Of a stretch of DNA of 64,000 bases, positions 37,341 to 49,611 are shown one piece after another. Source of the DNA: Malacoraja senta (lineage: Eukaryota). Numbering within the stretch: the stretch's first letter is position 1; every line of letters begins with the position of its first letter. Made by a program: the position numbers and the translations under genes. Under the pieces are notes generated by a model that was not told where the DNA came from, ran no database searches, and was given only the letters and a program-made list of their open reading frames with translations. The DNA lies in assembly GCA_038087875.1 (NCBI GenBank), contig CM075992.1, forward strand, positions 7,876,001 to 7,940,000, read 5' to 3'.

Positions 37341-37529
37341 TGGGAAGGTCTGAAGGAGTATTGAGCCTCAGCAGGACAGAATTCTGTCCCTGATTCATGT
37401 ATTGGTCTTTATAACCTATTTTTTTAAAATTCTGATTATGTGTTTTCTATAAATCTCTGTATGGTGTCCTTGAGACCTCGGTATAAGGCGCCCGTAAATA
37501 AAATCCATTATTATTATTATTATTATGTG

Positions 37530-38200
37530 TGCAAGTCCAAGTTGACAGATTGACACGGTGGTGAAGGCGGTACATGGCACGCTTGCCTTCATCGGATGCG
37601 ACAATGAGTATAAGAGTTGAAACATCATGTTACAGCCACATAAGATGTTGGTGAGACCAAACGTGGAATATTGTATGTAGTTCTGGTCACCATACTATAA
37701 TAAAGCTGTGACTAAGCAGAAAGGGCACTGAAAAAAATTACAAGGATGTTGGCAGGACTGGAGGGCTTGAGCTATAAGGAGAGACCATGTAGGGTAATAA
37801 GGAATAGGCTAGGATTGTTTTCCCTGGAGCGAAGGAGGCTGAGGGGTGGCCTTATGCAAGTATATAAGATTGAGGGGAACAGATATGCAGATAGTCAAAA
37901 TCATTTTCCCACGGTAGAGTATCAAGAGCAAGAGGCCATATAATATGAGAGGAATTAGTTTTTAAAAGTGGATCTGAGGGGTTATGTATTTTTTTAACGT
38001 AGAGTGGCTGATATCTGGAATACACTGTCAGAGGAGATGACAGGTACAATGACTACATTTAATAGGCATTTAGATATACACTTTTGTATGTAAGGCTGAG
38101 AATGATATGGTCCTAACACTGGCAAATGTGATTAGTGCAGATAAGCTAAAAGGTGTGGTGGACAAAAAGGCCTATTTCTGTGCCGTATGACTATGGCTCT
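37530..38200 (+). mobile_element. Old CR1 3' fragment
   Basis: LEGLSYKER...LGLFSLERRRLRGGL, followed by a CR1-type tail. Confidence 0.8.
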
Positions 38201-38269
38201 ATAACTGTACACAGTACTCCAGGATTCAGGAAGGACCTATATCATTTCAATGAAATCCTTAATCTTATA

Positions 38270-39200
38270 ATCAATACTCTGTATGATCAGTAATCTGTAC
38301 ATAAAGTCCAACATGCCAATTGCTCTGCTTGCTGCACTTGCGTATCGGCCTTCAGTGACTTAAGCACAAGCCTATCCAAGTCTCTTAGAACATCAATGCT
38401 ATTCAATCTCCTACCCTTTAACAGATACCTTACTATTCTGTTGTATGCATCAAAGTGCGTGAGATTCTATGTTACAGCCCAGGAACAAACTTTTTAAGGT
38501 GCTGAATAAGATAATCGCTACAGTACGAAAATCTTGATTACTGCTGCACTATAGAGAACTACCATCTGACTCCCTCCTTCTTTGAAAAGTGGCATTACAT
38601 TTGCAGTTTTCCATTCGTCTGGCACCTCTAAAATCCAGGTAACGTTGGTGCCTTCCCACCAATACATCATTATATCCGTAGCAATTTTCTTGAAGACATT
38701 AGGATGCAAATCATCATGCTCAGGGAGACACATCAGCCTTTATTGTTTTACTTCAAACTTTTTCCTTTAATGATATAAATCCATTCAGATTCCTCCCTGC
38801 CTATGGCCTTGGGATTTTCTAATATTGGTAAGTTTGTCCTAAGATCCATCCAAACAATTATTTAGAATCCCTGCCATTTCTCTATTTCCAAATATTAATT
38901 TCTGTCTCATCTTCTAAGGGACCAACATTTACTTTAGCTACCTTCTTCCTTTATGTGTCTGAATATCAAGTATGTAGCTTACTGTTTATTTTCTTATTAT
39001 TTGCTAGTTTACTCCCATACTCCATCTTCCTTTCTATAATTATTATCTTTGGCTAAAAAGATAGAAGTGTAGGGGAGTAAACTATCCAATAAAAATAATA
39101 TTTTAACATTTCATTTTATAATTATTTTCTAAAGTTTTTCAAATCTTTGCAACACTGTATGGCTTTTATTTCAATTTGATACCATAGATAGCCATGGATT
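38270..39200 (-). mobile_element. Old CR1 fragments
   Basis: DDLHPNVFKK...VPDEWKTANVMPLFKEG. Confidence 0.7.
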
Positions 39201-40413
39201 GTTGGAAAGGGGGAAGAGGAATTGAGGTCTATCACAATGTGACATGACTCTGAACAGAATTTATTAACCAGGTCCTAGAGTCAGGCGCAGGAAAGGGGTT
39301 AGCGAGAATGTATTTCATAGCAAAGTGTAACAGGCTGTGAGAGCATAGAGAAGCCAGAGATTAAACAATTGGAAGGATAGTCATTGAATGTTGGTGTAGT
39401 TAAGTGATAGGAAGGGTGTATTGAGATGGATTGTAAACGGTTCAGGTATATACTTAGAATGTTTGCATTAAGTTTTTACAGCACTGAAAGGTGAATCCCA
39501 GGATGCAGAAGCACGGCAATGGGGTACAAGGCAATGGGAGTGGTATATATGGTAGTGCACATAATAGGGATGGATAATTGTTGAGAAGACATTTGAATGG
39601 AGCAGAACCTTTGCCTAACATTACCATCACACTGAAAAGTTATAATTCTGGCTAATTAACGTTTTTCTATCCTTCAAATATTCAATTCTAAATTAAACAT
39701 TTCTGTTTTAGTGCAAATTATCATATTCATTCATCTAGATTCAGACGGAGTAATAAGTAGGGTTAGTAAAGAATGATTCCAAGGACCAGAACATTTCATT
39801 TATTTTAACAAATCTAGCATATGCTGTCGGAATTTCATTTTACAAGCTCATTGTGCAATCTTTTGATTTCCTATTACCAGTATAAATAATGTCAATCAAG
39901 TGTTTAAAAACATGGACATAAATCTTCTCTTGCAATTACAAACCACAAAAAAACTGTAGGTCTTATAATGGAGCGGTTCAAATTTTAGCCAAGATAAAAA
40001 TTTTAACCCAAAAACTAAATCTTGTTTTTGCTTTCCTGTAAATGGTGCCAACCCAGATTAACAGATTTTCCATAAGACTACCTCAATTTTGCTTTCTTGT
40101 ATGAAATTTAATGCCAGAAATTCATGCCAGAAAATATAAAATATATATATTTTATATGATAATACCTTTTAAAATATCTTTTAACAGATTGCCATTGGGA
40201 GAATTCTAGATTACCAGACTCTACACCATTGTAAAAGGATACAGCATAAAGAGTCCATTAAGTTTTTATTAACTTAACTGTTCAAAACACCCTCGGCTCC
40301 CCAGAGATGAGGTTTAAAGAGGTCTTCTTCCAACCATATGTGGTTTACAGCAGGCCTTGATCTTGCTTGTCCAGAATCCCGCATATCAAGCCTACACTAC
40401 AACATGCACATCA

Positions 40414-40620
40414 GAAAAGAAAGATTTGCGTTTATATGGCACCTTTACGGCCTCAGGTCATCTCAGAGTACTTTACAGAATCAATTAAGTACTACTGACG
40501 TACAATCACCTTAAAGTAGGAAACACGGCAGCCAATTTGCATACAGCAAAATTTCAACAACAGCAAAATGGCAACCTGGTTTATGATGTTAATTGCAGGA
40601 TATATATTGGTCAGGACATC
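40414..40620 (-). mobile_element. DeuSINE (SacSINE1/AmnSINE1-like) relic
   Basis: ttgcgtttatatggcaccttt...gtaggaaacacggcagccaatttgc...tattggtcaggacatc resembles the reverse complement of the Deu-domain plus L2-type tail (from recall). Confidence 0.6.
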
Positions 40621-41071
40621 ATTATAAAATTGCCAGCTTCCAACAGATCAATATTAAACTCTACCAAAAATAGCAACAAAATCGATAATAGAATGATGAA
40701 GTAAGTCAACGTATGTAAGATTGAATGTTTCATCCAGCAATAATTCATGTCATCAATATTGCTAATTTGCAGCAAAAGGTGATATTAAAGTGTGAACGCA
40801 TGATCGACGAATAAACCGTAATCAAATTAATTAAAATTTCACACTATGGCTTCAGCATGAAACTATTTTGCAAATGGCAGCTAACATATTTAACCTGTAC
40901 ATCACAATTACAATCTTTTCAAGCCTCTGAGCACATCTAACCAGTGATAAACTGTTAAAAGTAACTATTAAACTACTGGACTATCACTGGGACCCACTGT
41001 CCTTGGGTAATGAACAGTTGTTGGGTTTTTTTAACAGATTTTTTAATGTCAATATTGTCCTTGTCAGAAAT

Positions 41072-41298
41072 ATACATCCCAGCGGTATGAACATTGACTT
41101 CTCTAATTTTAGATAGCCCTTGCTTTCCCCCTCCTTCCCAGCTCTCCCACAAAGCCTTGTCTCCGCCTCTTCCTTTATTTCCACACATCCCCCCCCCGAC
41201 ATCAGTCTGAAGAAGGGTCTCGACCCGCAACGTCGCCTATTCCTTCTCTCCATAGATGCTGCCTCACCCATGAGTTTCTCCACCATTTTTCGTCTACC
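41072..41298 (+). mobile_element. Penelope-like 3' end
   Basis: HPSGMNIDFSNFR*, then a pyrimidine tract and ctgaagaagggtctcgacccgcaacgtc (hammerhead with GAAA>GCAA). Confidence 0.9.
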
Positions 41299-41337
41299 AA
41301 AAATCACTCAATGTAATTACACCCCCACAACGTGGTA

Positions 41338-41908
41338 AAACATAGAAACATAGAAAGTAGGTGCGAGAGTAGACCACCAGGCCCATCGAGCCCGCACCGC
41401 CATTCGCTCATGGCTGAACACTAAACAGACACCCTTACCCACAAACAGTGGACACAAGACACAGAACACAAGACACTACCCTCCCCTTTATACCGCTATC
41501 ACCCCTCTCCACCCCAAGAACCGCGTGATCTCCTGGGGGAGGCAAAAAACCGGATAAAAACCCAGGTCCAATTCGGGAAAAAAATCCGGGAAATTCCTCT
41601 CCGACCCCAATCCAGGCGATCGACACTTGTCCAGGAGATCACTCAGGTCTTACTATACTAACCATACCTAGGTCCATATCCCTGCCCTCTCCCCGTAGCC
41701 CCTTATCCCCTTGGCAGCTAAAAAACCATCTATTTTAGACTTAAATATATTTAATGTTTCTGCTTCCACTGCTCCCTGGGGCAGTGAATTCCATAAATTA
41801 ACCACCCTCTGGGTGAAGAAGTTCTTCCTCATCTCAGTTTTAAAAGAGCCCCCCCTTATTCTACAACTATGTCCCCTAGTTCTAGTTTCCCCGATCATTG
41901 GGAACATC
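41338..41908 (-). mobile_element. CR1 3' fragment with unusually long 3' UTR
   Basis: MFPMIGETRTRGHS...FFTQRVVNLWNSLP...IRGYGERAGIWT* (stop 41668), then a ~330-nt UTR ending (ttctatgt)n. Confidence 0.85.
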
Positions 41909-42596
41909 CAACATCCTGGTAATTGCATACCAACATCCTGGTAATTGCATCAAAAGTGTACAAGAGTGGTAAGAAAGAACAATTATTAAAAGTGGTGAAA
42001 GAAAGGAATGAGGAGATTGTAGGAACAAACCTACATCAGATTTTTTTAAATTTAATTATATGGGAGTTCACTTGTACGCAAGGATGTCAGTAAGTCAGGC
42101 ATTCGTAACTCGTATTTCATTAATCTCCTTTAATTATGGTTTCTACCTGAGTTAGGTTACATTATCATATCATCTCCATCATGATATAACTCCAAGAAAA
42201 ATGCAAAAAGAAAACCATTTGTGAAGCAAAAACCATTTATGACCTTTTCAACCTTAACACAGGCATTAAATTTGTCAACATGGAATATCTTCGGCAAATT
42301 CATCAGACAACAGAAATTTACCTTTTTTGTGTTTGCTTTGGGACAGATGCAAGCCATGATCCTCAGTGAATGGTAACAAGCAAGGCTGTCATTATCCCGA
42401 AACATTTCACAATCATTCTCACTATAATGTTGTACTTCACATGCAACAAATTTATTTTGGGAATGAGCTAATCTTCAGATGTAACAGAAAACTATTCAAA
42501 CTACAGCAACTACACTTCAGAACTTAGTAGTCGAGCTGCAGTATGCAAATTACGCTTTCCTTTGTGCACACCGAGAGGTCGAGCTCTTATCCATCA

Positions 42597-43989
42597 TTAT
42601 AGACCAGTTAGCCTGACATCGGTGGTGGGGAATATGCTGGAGTCATTTATAAAAGATGAAATAGCCACACATTTGGATAGCAGTAACAGGATCGGTCCGA
42701 GTCAGCATGGATTTACGAAGGGGAAATCATGCTTGACTAATCTTCTGGAATTTTTTGAGGATGTAACTAGGAAAATGGACAAGGGAGAGCCAGTGGATGT
42801 GGTGTACCTGGACTTTCAGAAAGCATTTGATAAGGTCCCACATAGGAGATTAGTGGGCAAAATTAGGGCACATGGTATTGGGGGTAGAGGGCTGACATGG
42901 ATAGAAAATTGGTTGGCAGACAGGAAACAAAGAGTAGGGATTAACGGGTCCCTTTCAGAATGGCAGGCAGTGACTAGTGGGGTACCGCAAGGCTCGGTGC
43001 TGGGACCACAGCTATTTACAATATATATCAATGATTTGGATGAAGGGATTCAAAGTAACATTAGCAAATTTGCAGATGACACAAAGCTGGGTGGCAGTGT
43101 GAACTGTGAGGAGGATGCTATGAGAATGCAGGGTGACTTGGAGAGGTTGGGGGAGTGGGCAGATGCATGGCAGATGAAGTTTAATGTGGATAAATGTGAG
43201 GTTATCCACTTTGGTATCAAAAACAGGAAGGCAGATTACTATCTAATTGGCGTCAAGTTGGGAAAAGGGGAAGTACAACGGGATCTGGGGGTCCTTGTTC
43301 ATCAGTCTATGAAAGTAAGCATGCAGGTACAGCAGGCAGTGAAGAAAGCGAATGGCATGTTGGCATTTATAACAAGAGTCGTCGAGTATATGAGCAAAGA
43401 GGTCCTGCAGTTGTACAGGGCCCTAGTGAGACCACACCTGGAGTATTCTGTGCAGTTTTGGTCCACTAATTTGAGGAAGGACATTCATGCTATTGAGGGA
43501 GTGCAGCGTAGGTTTACAAGGTTAATTCCCGGGATGGTGGGACTGTCATATGCTGAGAGAATGGAACGGCTGGGCTTGTACACTCTGGAGTTTAGAAGGA
43601 TGATAGGAGATCTTATTGAAACATATAAGATTGTTAAGGGTTTGGACACGCTAGAGGCAGGAAACATGTTCCCAATGTTGGGGGAGTCCAGAACCAGGGG
43701 CCACTGTTTAAGAATAGGGGGTAAGCCATTTAGAACGGAGATGAGGAAACACTTTTTCTCACAGAGAGTTGTGAGTCTGTGGAATTCTCTGCCTCAGAAG
43801 GCGGTGGAGGCCGGTTCTCTGGACACTTTCAAGAGAGAGCTAGATAAGGCTCTTAAAGATAGCGGAGTCAGGGGATATGGGGAGAAGGCAGGAACGGGGT
43901 ACTGATTGGGGATGATCAGCCATGATCACATTGAATGGCAGTGCTGGCTCGTAGGGCCGAATGGCCTACTCCTGCACCTATTGTCTATT
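42597..43989 (+). mobile_element. Young CR1 LINE, 5'-truncated, uninterrupted RT ORF
   Basis: Open frame from YRPVSLTS through QHGF, YLDFQKAFDKVPH, GVPQGSVLGP and KFADDTK to GYGEKAGTGY* (43905), followed by the 3' UTR tail. Confidence 0.97.
42598..43905 (+). pseudogene. CR1 ORF2 reverse-transcriptase fragment (no APE domain, no true start)
   Basis: About 435 open codons covering the whole RT domain. The N-terminal residues in the ORF track come from flanking DNA. Confidence 0.9.
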
Positions 43990-44162
43990 TACATGGTTAC
44001 GTAAACATACAAGAAGATGAGTCTTGCACTCAACATCCACAAAATAGGTTGGTAGAGGACTTCTGCTTCTCTTGCACAACACTGCCCTCCCATTACAAAG
44101 GTTTGCAGTGAGACCCTGGAAAAAGTTAATCACTTCTGATATCTCCGGAGCCATCTCTCAGC

Positions 44163-45020
44163 CATACAGCATGGAAACAGGCCCTTCAGCCCAACCTTCC
44201 CACGCAGACCAACATGCCCCATCCACACTAGTCCCACCTGCCCATATCCTTCTAAACTTATCCTATTCATATCCCTGTCCAAATGCTTTTCAAATATTGT
44301 GATAGTACCTGCCTCAACTCTGGCAGCTTGTTCCATATACCCACCACCCTTTGTGTACAAAAGTTGCCCCTCAGGTTACTATTAATTCCTCCCCCCCTCC
44401 CCCCATCACCTTAAACATATGTCCTCTGGTTGTTGATTCCCCTCCTCTTGAGTATTCACTCTAAGGCCTGTTCAACCTCCTCCAATAGCTCAGGCCCTCA
44501 AGTCCTGGCACATCCTCGTAAATCTTCTCCACCTTTTCCAGCTTATCAACATCTTTCATGTAACAATGTGACCAAAACTGAACACAATTCTCCAAATGTG
44601 TCCTCACCGATGTCTTAAACAACTGTAACATAACCTCCCAAATTTTATACTCAATAGTCTGATTGATGAAGGCCAATGTGCCAAAAGCCTTCTTGACCAC
44701 TCTATCTACCTGTGACGCTACTTTCCACTGACTTCCCAAAATTCAATACCTTGCCCTTATCTGTATTAAACTCGATTAACCATTCCTCAGCTCGTCTGCC
44801 AACCAATCAGAATCCTGCTGCAATGTTTGATTATCATCTTCACTATCAACAACCCACTTTATTGTAGTCTGCAAACCTACTAATCTTGCCTTGCACATTC
44901 ACATCCAAATGACAAACAACAATGGTCCCAGTCGGCTAGCTCTCCTTCGATCCCATGCAATCTAACCTTCTAGAGCAGCCTACCATGCAGAACTTTGTCA
45001 AATGCCTAGCTGAAATCTAC
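44163..45020 (-). mobile_element. CR1 fragment (older subfamily)
   Basis: KVASQVDRVVKKAFGTLAFI...HLENCVQFWS; tail catacagcatggaaacaggcccttc. Confidence 0.85.
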
Positions 45021-45190
45021 CATTGCCTTCAATATACCACCATATTTGGTTTATTAAAGGAAAGGATTTTTGAAAATCAATACCTGAACAGCAAAAAAAA
45101 CCATTGTCACCTGGGCAGCAGCGTGCAATCTTCCGAGACCCCGATTACCCACAGCAGCCACCTAAATATTTGTACATCAAGATTTGCTTC

Positions 45191-45482
45191 TTTAGTTTAG
45201 TTTACTTTGGAGATACAGCACAGAAACAAGCCCTTTGGCCCACTGAGTCCACGCCGACCAGCGATCCCCAAACACTAACACCATCCTACACACACTAAGG
45301 ACAATTTACAATAGCCAATTAAATTACAAAGCTGTATGTTTTTGGAGAGGAAACTGGGGCACTCGGGGAAAACCCACGCGGTCACGGGGAGAATGTACAA
45401 CCTCCTTACAGACAGCACCCATAGTCAGGATCGAACCTGGGTCTCTGGCGCTGTAAGACAGCAACTCCACCACTGCGTCACC
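45191..45482 (-). mobile_element. V-SINE (HE1-like)
   Basis: Minus tRNA head with B box ggttcgatcc, V-domain, CR1 tail and (aaact)n. Confidence 0.9.
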
Positions 45483-45519
45483 TGTAAATCACCCTTCCCA
45501 CCAGACTATTCTTTGAACT

Positions 45520-45614
45520 AAAGGTAAACACAAAATGCTGGAGTAACTCAGCGAGTCAGGCAGCATCTCTAGAGAATATGAATAAGTGACGTTTCAGGTC
45601 GAGACCCTTCTTCA
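45520..45614 (-). mobile_element. Penelope-like 3' end
   Basis: Minus tgaagaagggtctcgacctgaaacgtc...gatgctgcctgactcgctgagttactccagca. It directly abuts a V-SINE head at 45615-45698. Confidence 0.85.
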
Positions 45615-46346
45615 AACTCCACACAGATGGCACCCAAGGTTGGGATCGAACCCAGGTCTCTGGTGCTGTGAGGCAGCAGCTCTACCCGCTGCGCCACCTG
45701 TACGAAATTTGAGATATCCTGATGTTCTGAACAATGGTGAATAAAGCAAATACTTTTGGTTTCCGGAATTCAGAACAAACAGTTCACGACTACAGATAGT
45801 GGATCTGAGGTCCATCAGCCATTAATCATATTACAATGCTGTCTCTGCAAAATGTTCCAAATCACCAGACTAATAAGCAAACCAATGTCCACATCATGTC
45901 CCAAGCCGACATCTCCAGCATTGAGCCCCTAAGTAAACTAAGTCAGGATGGCTGGGTCGGCCAGGCCACATTGTTCACATGCCCAACAGCAGACTCCGAA
46001 ACAGGAAGTCGATTCTAAGCTTCATCATAAAAAAATGATTACCAGGCACAGTAGAAAAGATTCAAGCATGTGCTCAAAGCCTCCTTAAAATATGCAACCG
46101 TGTCTTACTGGCTCATGTTTGCTAAATCTGGACAAGAATCATCCAGATTGACTCCTCAAATCCATGCACTGGGAACACACAGAGCAAACAGAATACTGCA
46201 CCACATGTCAGCCACCTCCTTCTCCATCTTCAGAAAACTTGGTGGTTCCCAAATCAGTTCCTCAGTACCCAGAAAGCCAGAGTGGCAACTTCACACTCAA
46301 TCCAGAGTGATTACCCAAGATGAAAATAACATGGATGAAACAATAA

Positions 46347-46543
46347 AGGGCCTCTCCCACTTTCACGACCTAATTCACGACCTCTGCCGAGTTTGCCCTT
46401 GGCTCATACTCGCAGCATGGTCGTCACGAGGTCGTAGGTAGGCCGTGATGCTAGTAGTAGGTACTCGTGCGGGGCGTTTTATCAACATGATGTCCACGAG
46501 TAAAAAAGGTTGTGAATTAAGTCGTGAAAGTGGGACAGGCCCT
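46347..46543. mobile_element. PIF/Harbinger-type MITE
   Basis: TIRs of about 36 bp (agggcctctcccactttcacgacctaattcacgacc / ggttgtgaattaagtcgtgaaagtgggacaggccct) flanked by a TAA 3-bp TSD. Confidence 0.85.
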
Positions 46544-47096
46544 TAACAGTTCATTACCACCTATCAGGCCAATTTATCCAAGGTAAATTGCAATCACCCA
46601 GACAATTATTCCCACATCTCAATAATATTTTTGTTAAACGGGCTTTATTTTGGATAGCAAACTGAAATGTTTTACTAAATCATAGGAAGATTGCAGTGCA
46701 GGTAAAGAGGATCTTTCACACTACTTTTTTAAAAAATTTAAACATTAAAGGCTCAAAAAGTGTCAGATCGGATGAGGTAAAAAGATAATTGTGGAAAACA
46801 GAATTGCACAAACATAATTAATCAAATCAGTTGATTTCTAGTTACACTGAAGTTTAAGTGTTTGTTTTGGGTTGATTTCAGAAACAGCCACTCTCCTAAT
46901 ACTAGTAGCATATTAGAAAAGTACAGCACAGGAATATGTCCTTTGGCCTCCTCTGCCTGCATGTGACATGTATCCCTTCATACCCTACATAGCCATGTGT
47001 CTTCCGAAAACACTCTTAAACATCACTACCATATTTGTTTCCATCACCACCCCAGGCAGCGAGATCCAGGACACGCCATCATGTCTAAAAAAACCT

Positions 47097-47846
47097 ACTG
47101 TCTGTGTGTGTCTGTGTCTGTGTGTTCATACTGCTCGAAAACACAACACTCTGACTGTAAAATTTTTACATATTCCTGTAGAGTTTTATCCCCCGAAGTC
47201 AAAAATCGGCTTACCTGAAAATTTCGAGCTTTATTTCTTGAGTTATTTGTGAAAATGTTCACAAATCTGAAATTTCTTTGAAAGTAAACGAGCTGATGAC
47301 GTCACAATGGGTCTGCTCGCGCCGCCCGTTGCAGTTTTCCACGCGCCGCCTGCTGCGCAGTTTTCCACGCACCGCGAGTTATGTCCACCACCCCCCCCGA
47401 CTCAGTCATTTAGTCGCCGCCCACCCACCGTGTCCCCGCCCGCTCACATTCGAATCGCTCTGATGGCGCTCTGCCCCCCCCCTCCCCCGGGCTCTGGATC
47501 GAAGCCGCTGAACACGCAGTAATTTGGTTGATGCGCACACCGCTGCCTGCTCCCCGTTCCCTTCCTGCACTCTCCACTCGCTTTTCAGACTGCGGCACGC
47601 GCTGCGAGTGAAGAACGAGCAAGTCGGGCCCTGCACTAGAGCTCTCTCTCTCCCCCCGGGCTCCCTCGATATCCCCCCCCCCCCCAGCCTCTCTTCCAAA
47701 TCCCCCCCTCCGCTTCCCCAGGCCTCTCCCACCGCCCACCTCTCTCTCTCTCCCCAGCCTTTCTCTTCCTCCCCCGGCATCCCTCTTCCTCCCCCCTCCC
47801 TCCGCGCGTTGAGGGGACGGGACCCAACGGGTCCCCCTCGGTCTAA
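47097..47846 (+). mobile_element. Helitron-type non-autonomous element inserted in a CR1 fragment
   Basis: (tgtctg)n near the 5' end, GC-rich body, hairpin GGGACCC-aac-GGGTCCC and CTAA|T (CTRR) end. The host CR1 resumes at tctcctttaaac. Confidence 0.75.
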
Positions 47847-47963
47847 TCTCCTTTAAACTTTGCCCCTCTCACCTCAAACCTGTGACCTCTAGTTTTTGAC
47901 ATTTCCAACCATTAAAAGGGTTCTGACAGTCTACCCCATTTATATCTCTCATAATTTTATATA

Positions 47964-49611
47964 CAGTGCCCTCCATAATGTTTGGGACAAAGATCCATCA
48001 TTTATTTATTTCCCTCTGTACCCCACAATTTGAGATTTGTAATAGAAAAAAAAAAATCACATGTGGTTAAAGTGCACATTGTCAGATTTTATTAAAGGGT
48101 ATTTTTATACAGTTTGGTTTCACCATGTAGAAATTACATAGTTCCTCCCCCCCCCCCCCCCACCCCCCAATTTCTGGGGCAGCATAATGTTTGAGACACA
48201 TGGCTTCACAGGTGTTTGTAATTGCTGAGATGTGTTTAATTGCCTCATTAGTGCAGGCATAAGAGAGCTTTCAGCACCTAGTCTTTCCTCCAGTCTTTTT
48301 ATCACCTTTGGAAACCTTTATGGCTGTTTATCAACATGAGGACCAACGTTGGGCCAATGAAAGTCAAAGAGGCCATTATGAGACTGAGAAACAAGAATAA
48401 AACTGTTAGAGACATCAGCCAAACCTTAGGCTTATCAAAATCACTGTTTGGAACATCAGTGAGAAGAAAGAGAGCACTGACAAGCTTACTAATCGCAAAG
48501 GGCTGGCAGGCCAAGGAAGACCTCGACAACTGATGACAGAAGAATTCTCTCTATAATAAAGAAAAATCCCCAAACACCTGTCCGGCAGATCAGAAACACT
48601 CTTCAGGAGTCAGGTGTGGATTTGTCAATGACCACTGTCCGCAGAAGACTTCATGAACAGAAATACAGAGGCTACACTGTAAGATGCAAACCACTCGTTA
48701 GCCGCAAAAATAAGATGGCTGGGTTACAGTTTGCCAAGAAGTACTTAAAAGAGCAACCACAGTTCTGGAAAAAGGTCTTGTGGACAGACGAGACGAAGAA
48801 GAACTTATATCAGAGTGATGGCAACAGCAAAGTATGGATTGAAGGAACTGCCCAAGATCCAAAGCATACCACCCCATCTGTGGAACACGGTGGTGGGGGT
48901 GTTATGGCCTGGGCATGTATGGCTGCTGAATGTACTGGCTCACTTATCTTCATTGATGATACAACTGCTGATGGTAGTAGCATAATGAATTTTGAAATGT
49001 ATAGACACATCCTATCTGCTCAAGTTCAAACAAATGCCTCAAAACTAATTGGCTGGTGGTTCATTCTACAGCAAGACAATGATCCCAAACATACTGCTGA
49101 AGCAACAGAGTTTTTCCAAGCTAAAAAATTGTAAATTCTTGAGTGGCCAAGTCAATCACCCGATCTGAACCCAATTGAGCATGTCTTTTATATGCTGAAG
49201 AGAAAACTGAAGGGGACTAGCCCCCAAAACAAGCATAAGCTAAAGATGGCTGCAATACAGGCCTGGCAGAGCATCACCAAAGACACCCAGCAACTGGTGA
49301 TGTCCATGAATCGCAGACTTCAAACAGTCATTGCATGCAAAGGATATACAACAAAATACTAAACATGACTACTATCATTTACATAACATTGCTGTGTCCC
49401 AAACATTGTGGTGCCCTGAAATGGGGGGGGGACGATGAAAAAAACACTGCTGTCATTTCTACATGGTTAAACCAAAATGCAATTTATTAAAATCTGACAA
49501 TGTGCACTTTAACCAAATGTGATTTTTTTCTATTACAAATTTCAAATCATGTAGTACAAAGACAAATAAATAAATGATGGGTCTTTGTCCCTAGCATTAT
49601 GGAGGGCACTG
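47964..49611 (+). mobile_element. Full-length Tc1 transposon, IR/DR type, TA TSD
   Basis: ta|cagtgccctccataatgtttgggacaaag...ggagggcactg|ta. TIRs of about 235 bp contain an inner direct repeat cataatgtttgagacac. Confidence 0.97.
48336..49361 (+). pseudogene. Tc1 DD34E transposase, frameshifted
   Basis: HTH region (VRDISQTLGLSKS), VLWTDETK, GGGVMAWACM, QQDNDPKH and WPSQSPDLNPIEH lie in broken frames. Confidence 0.92.
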
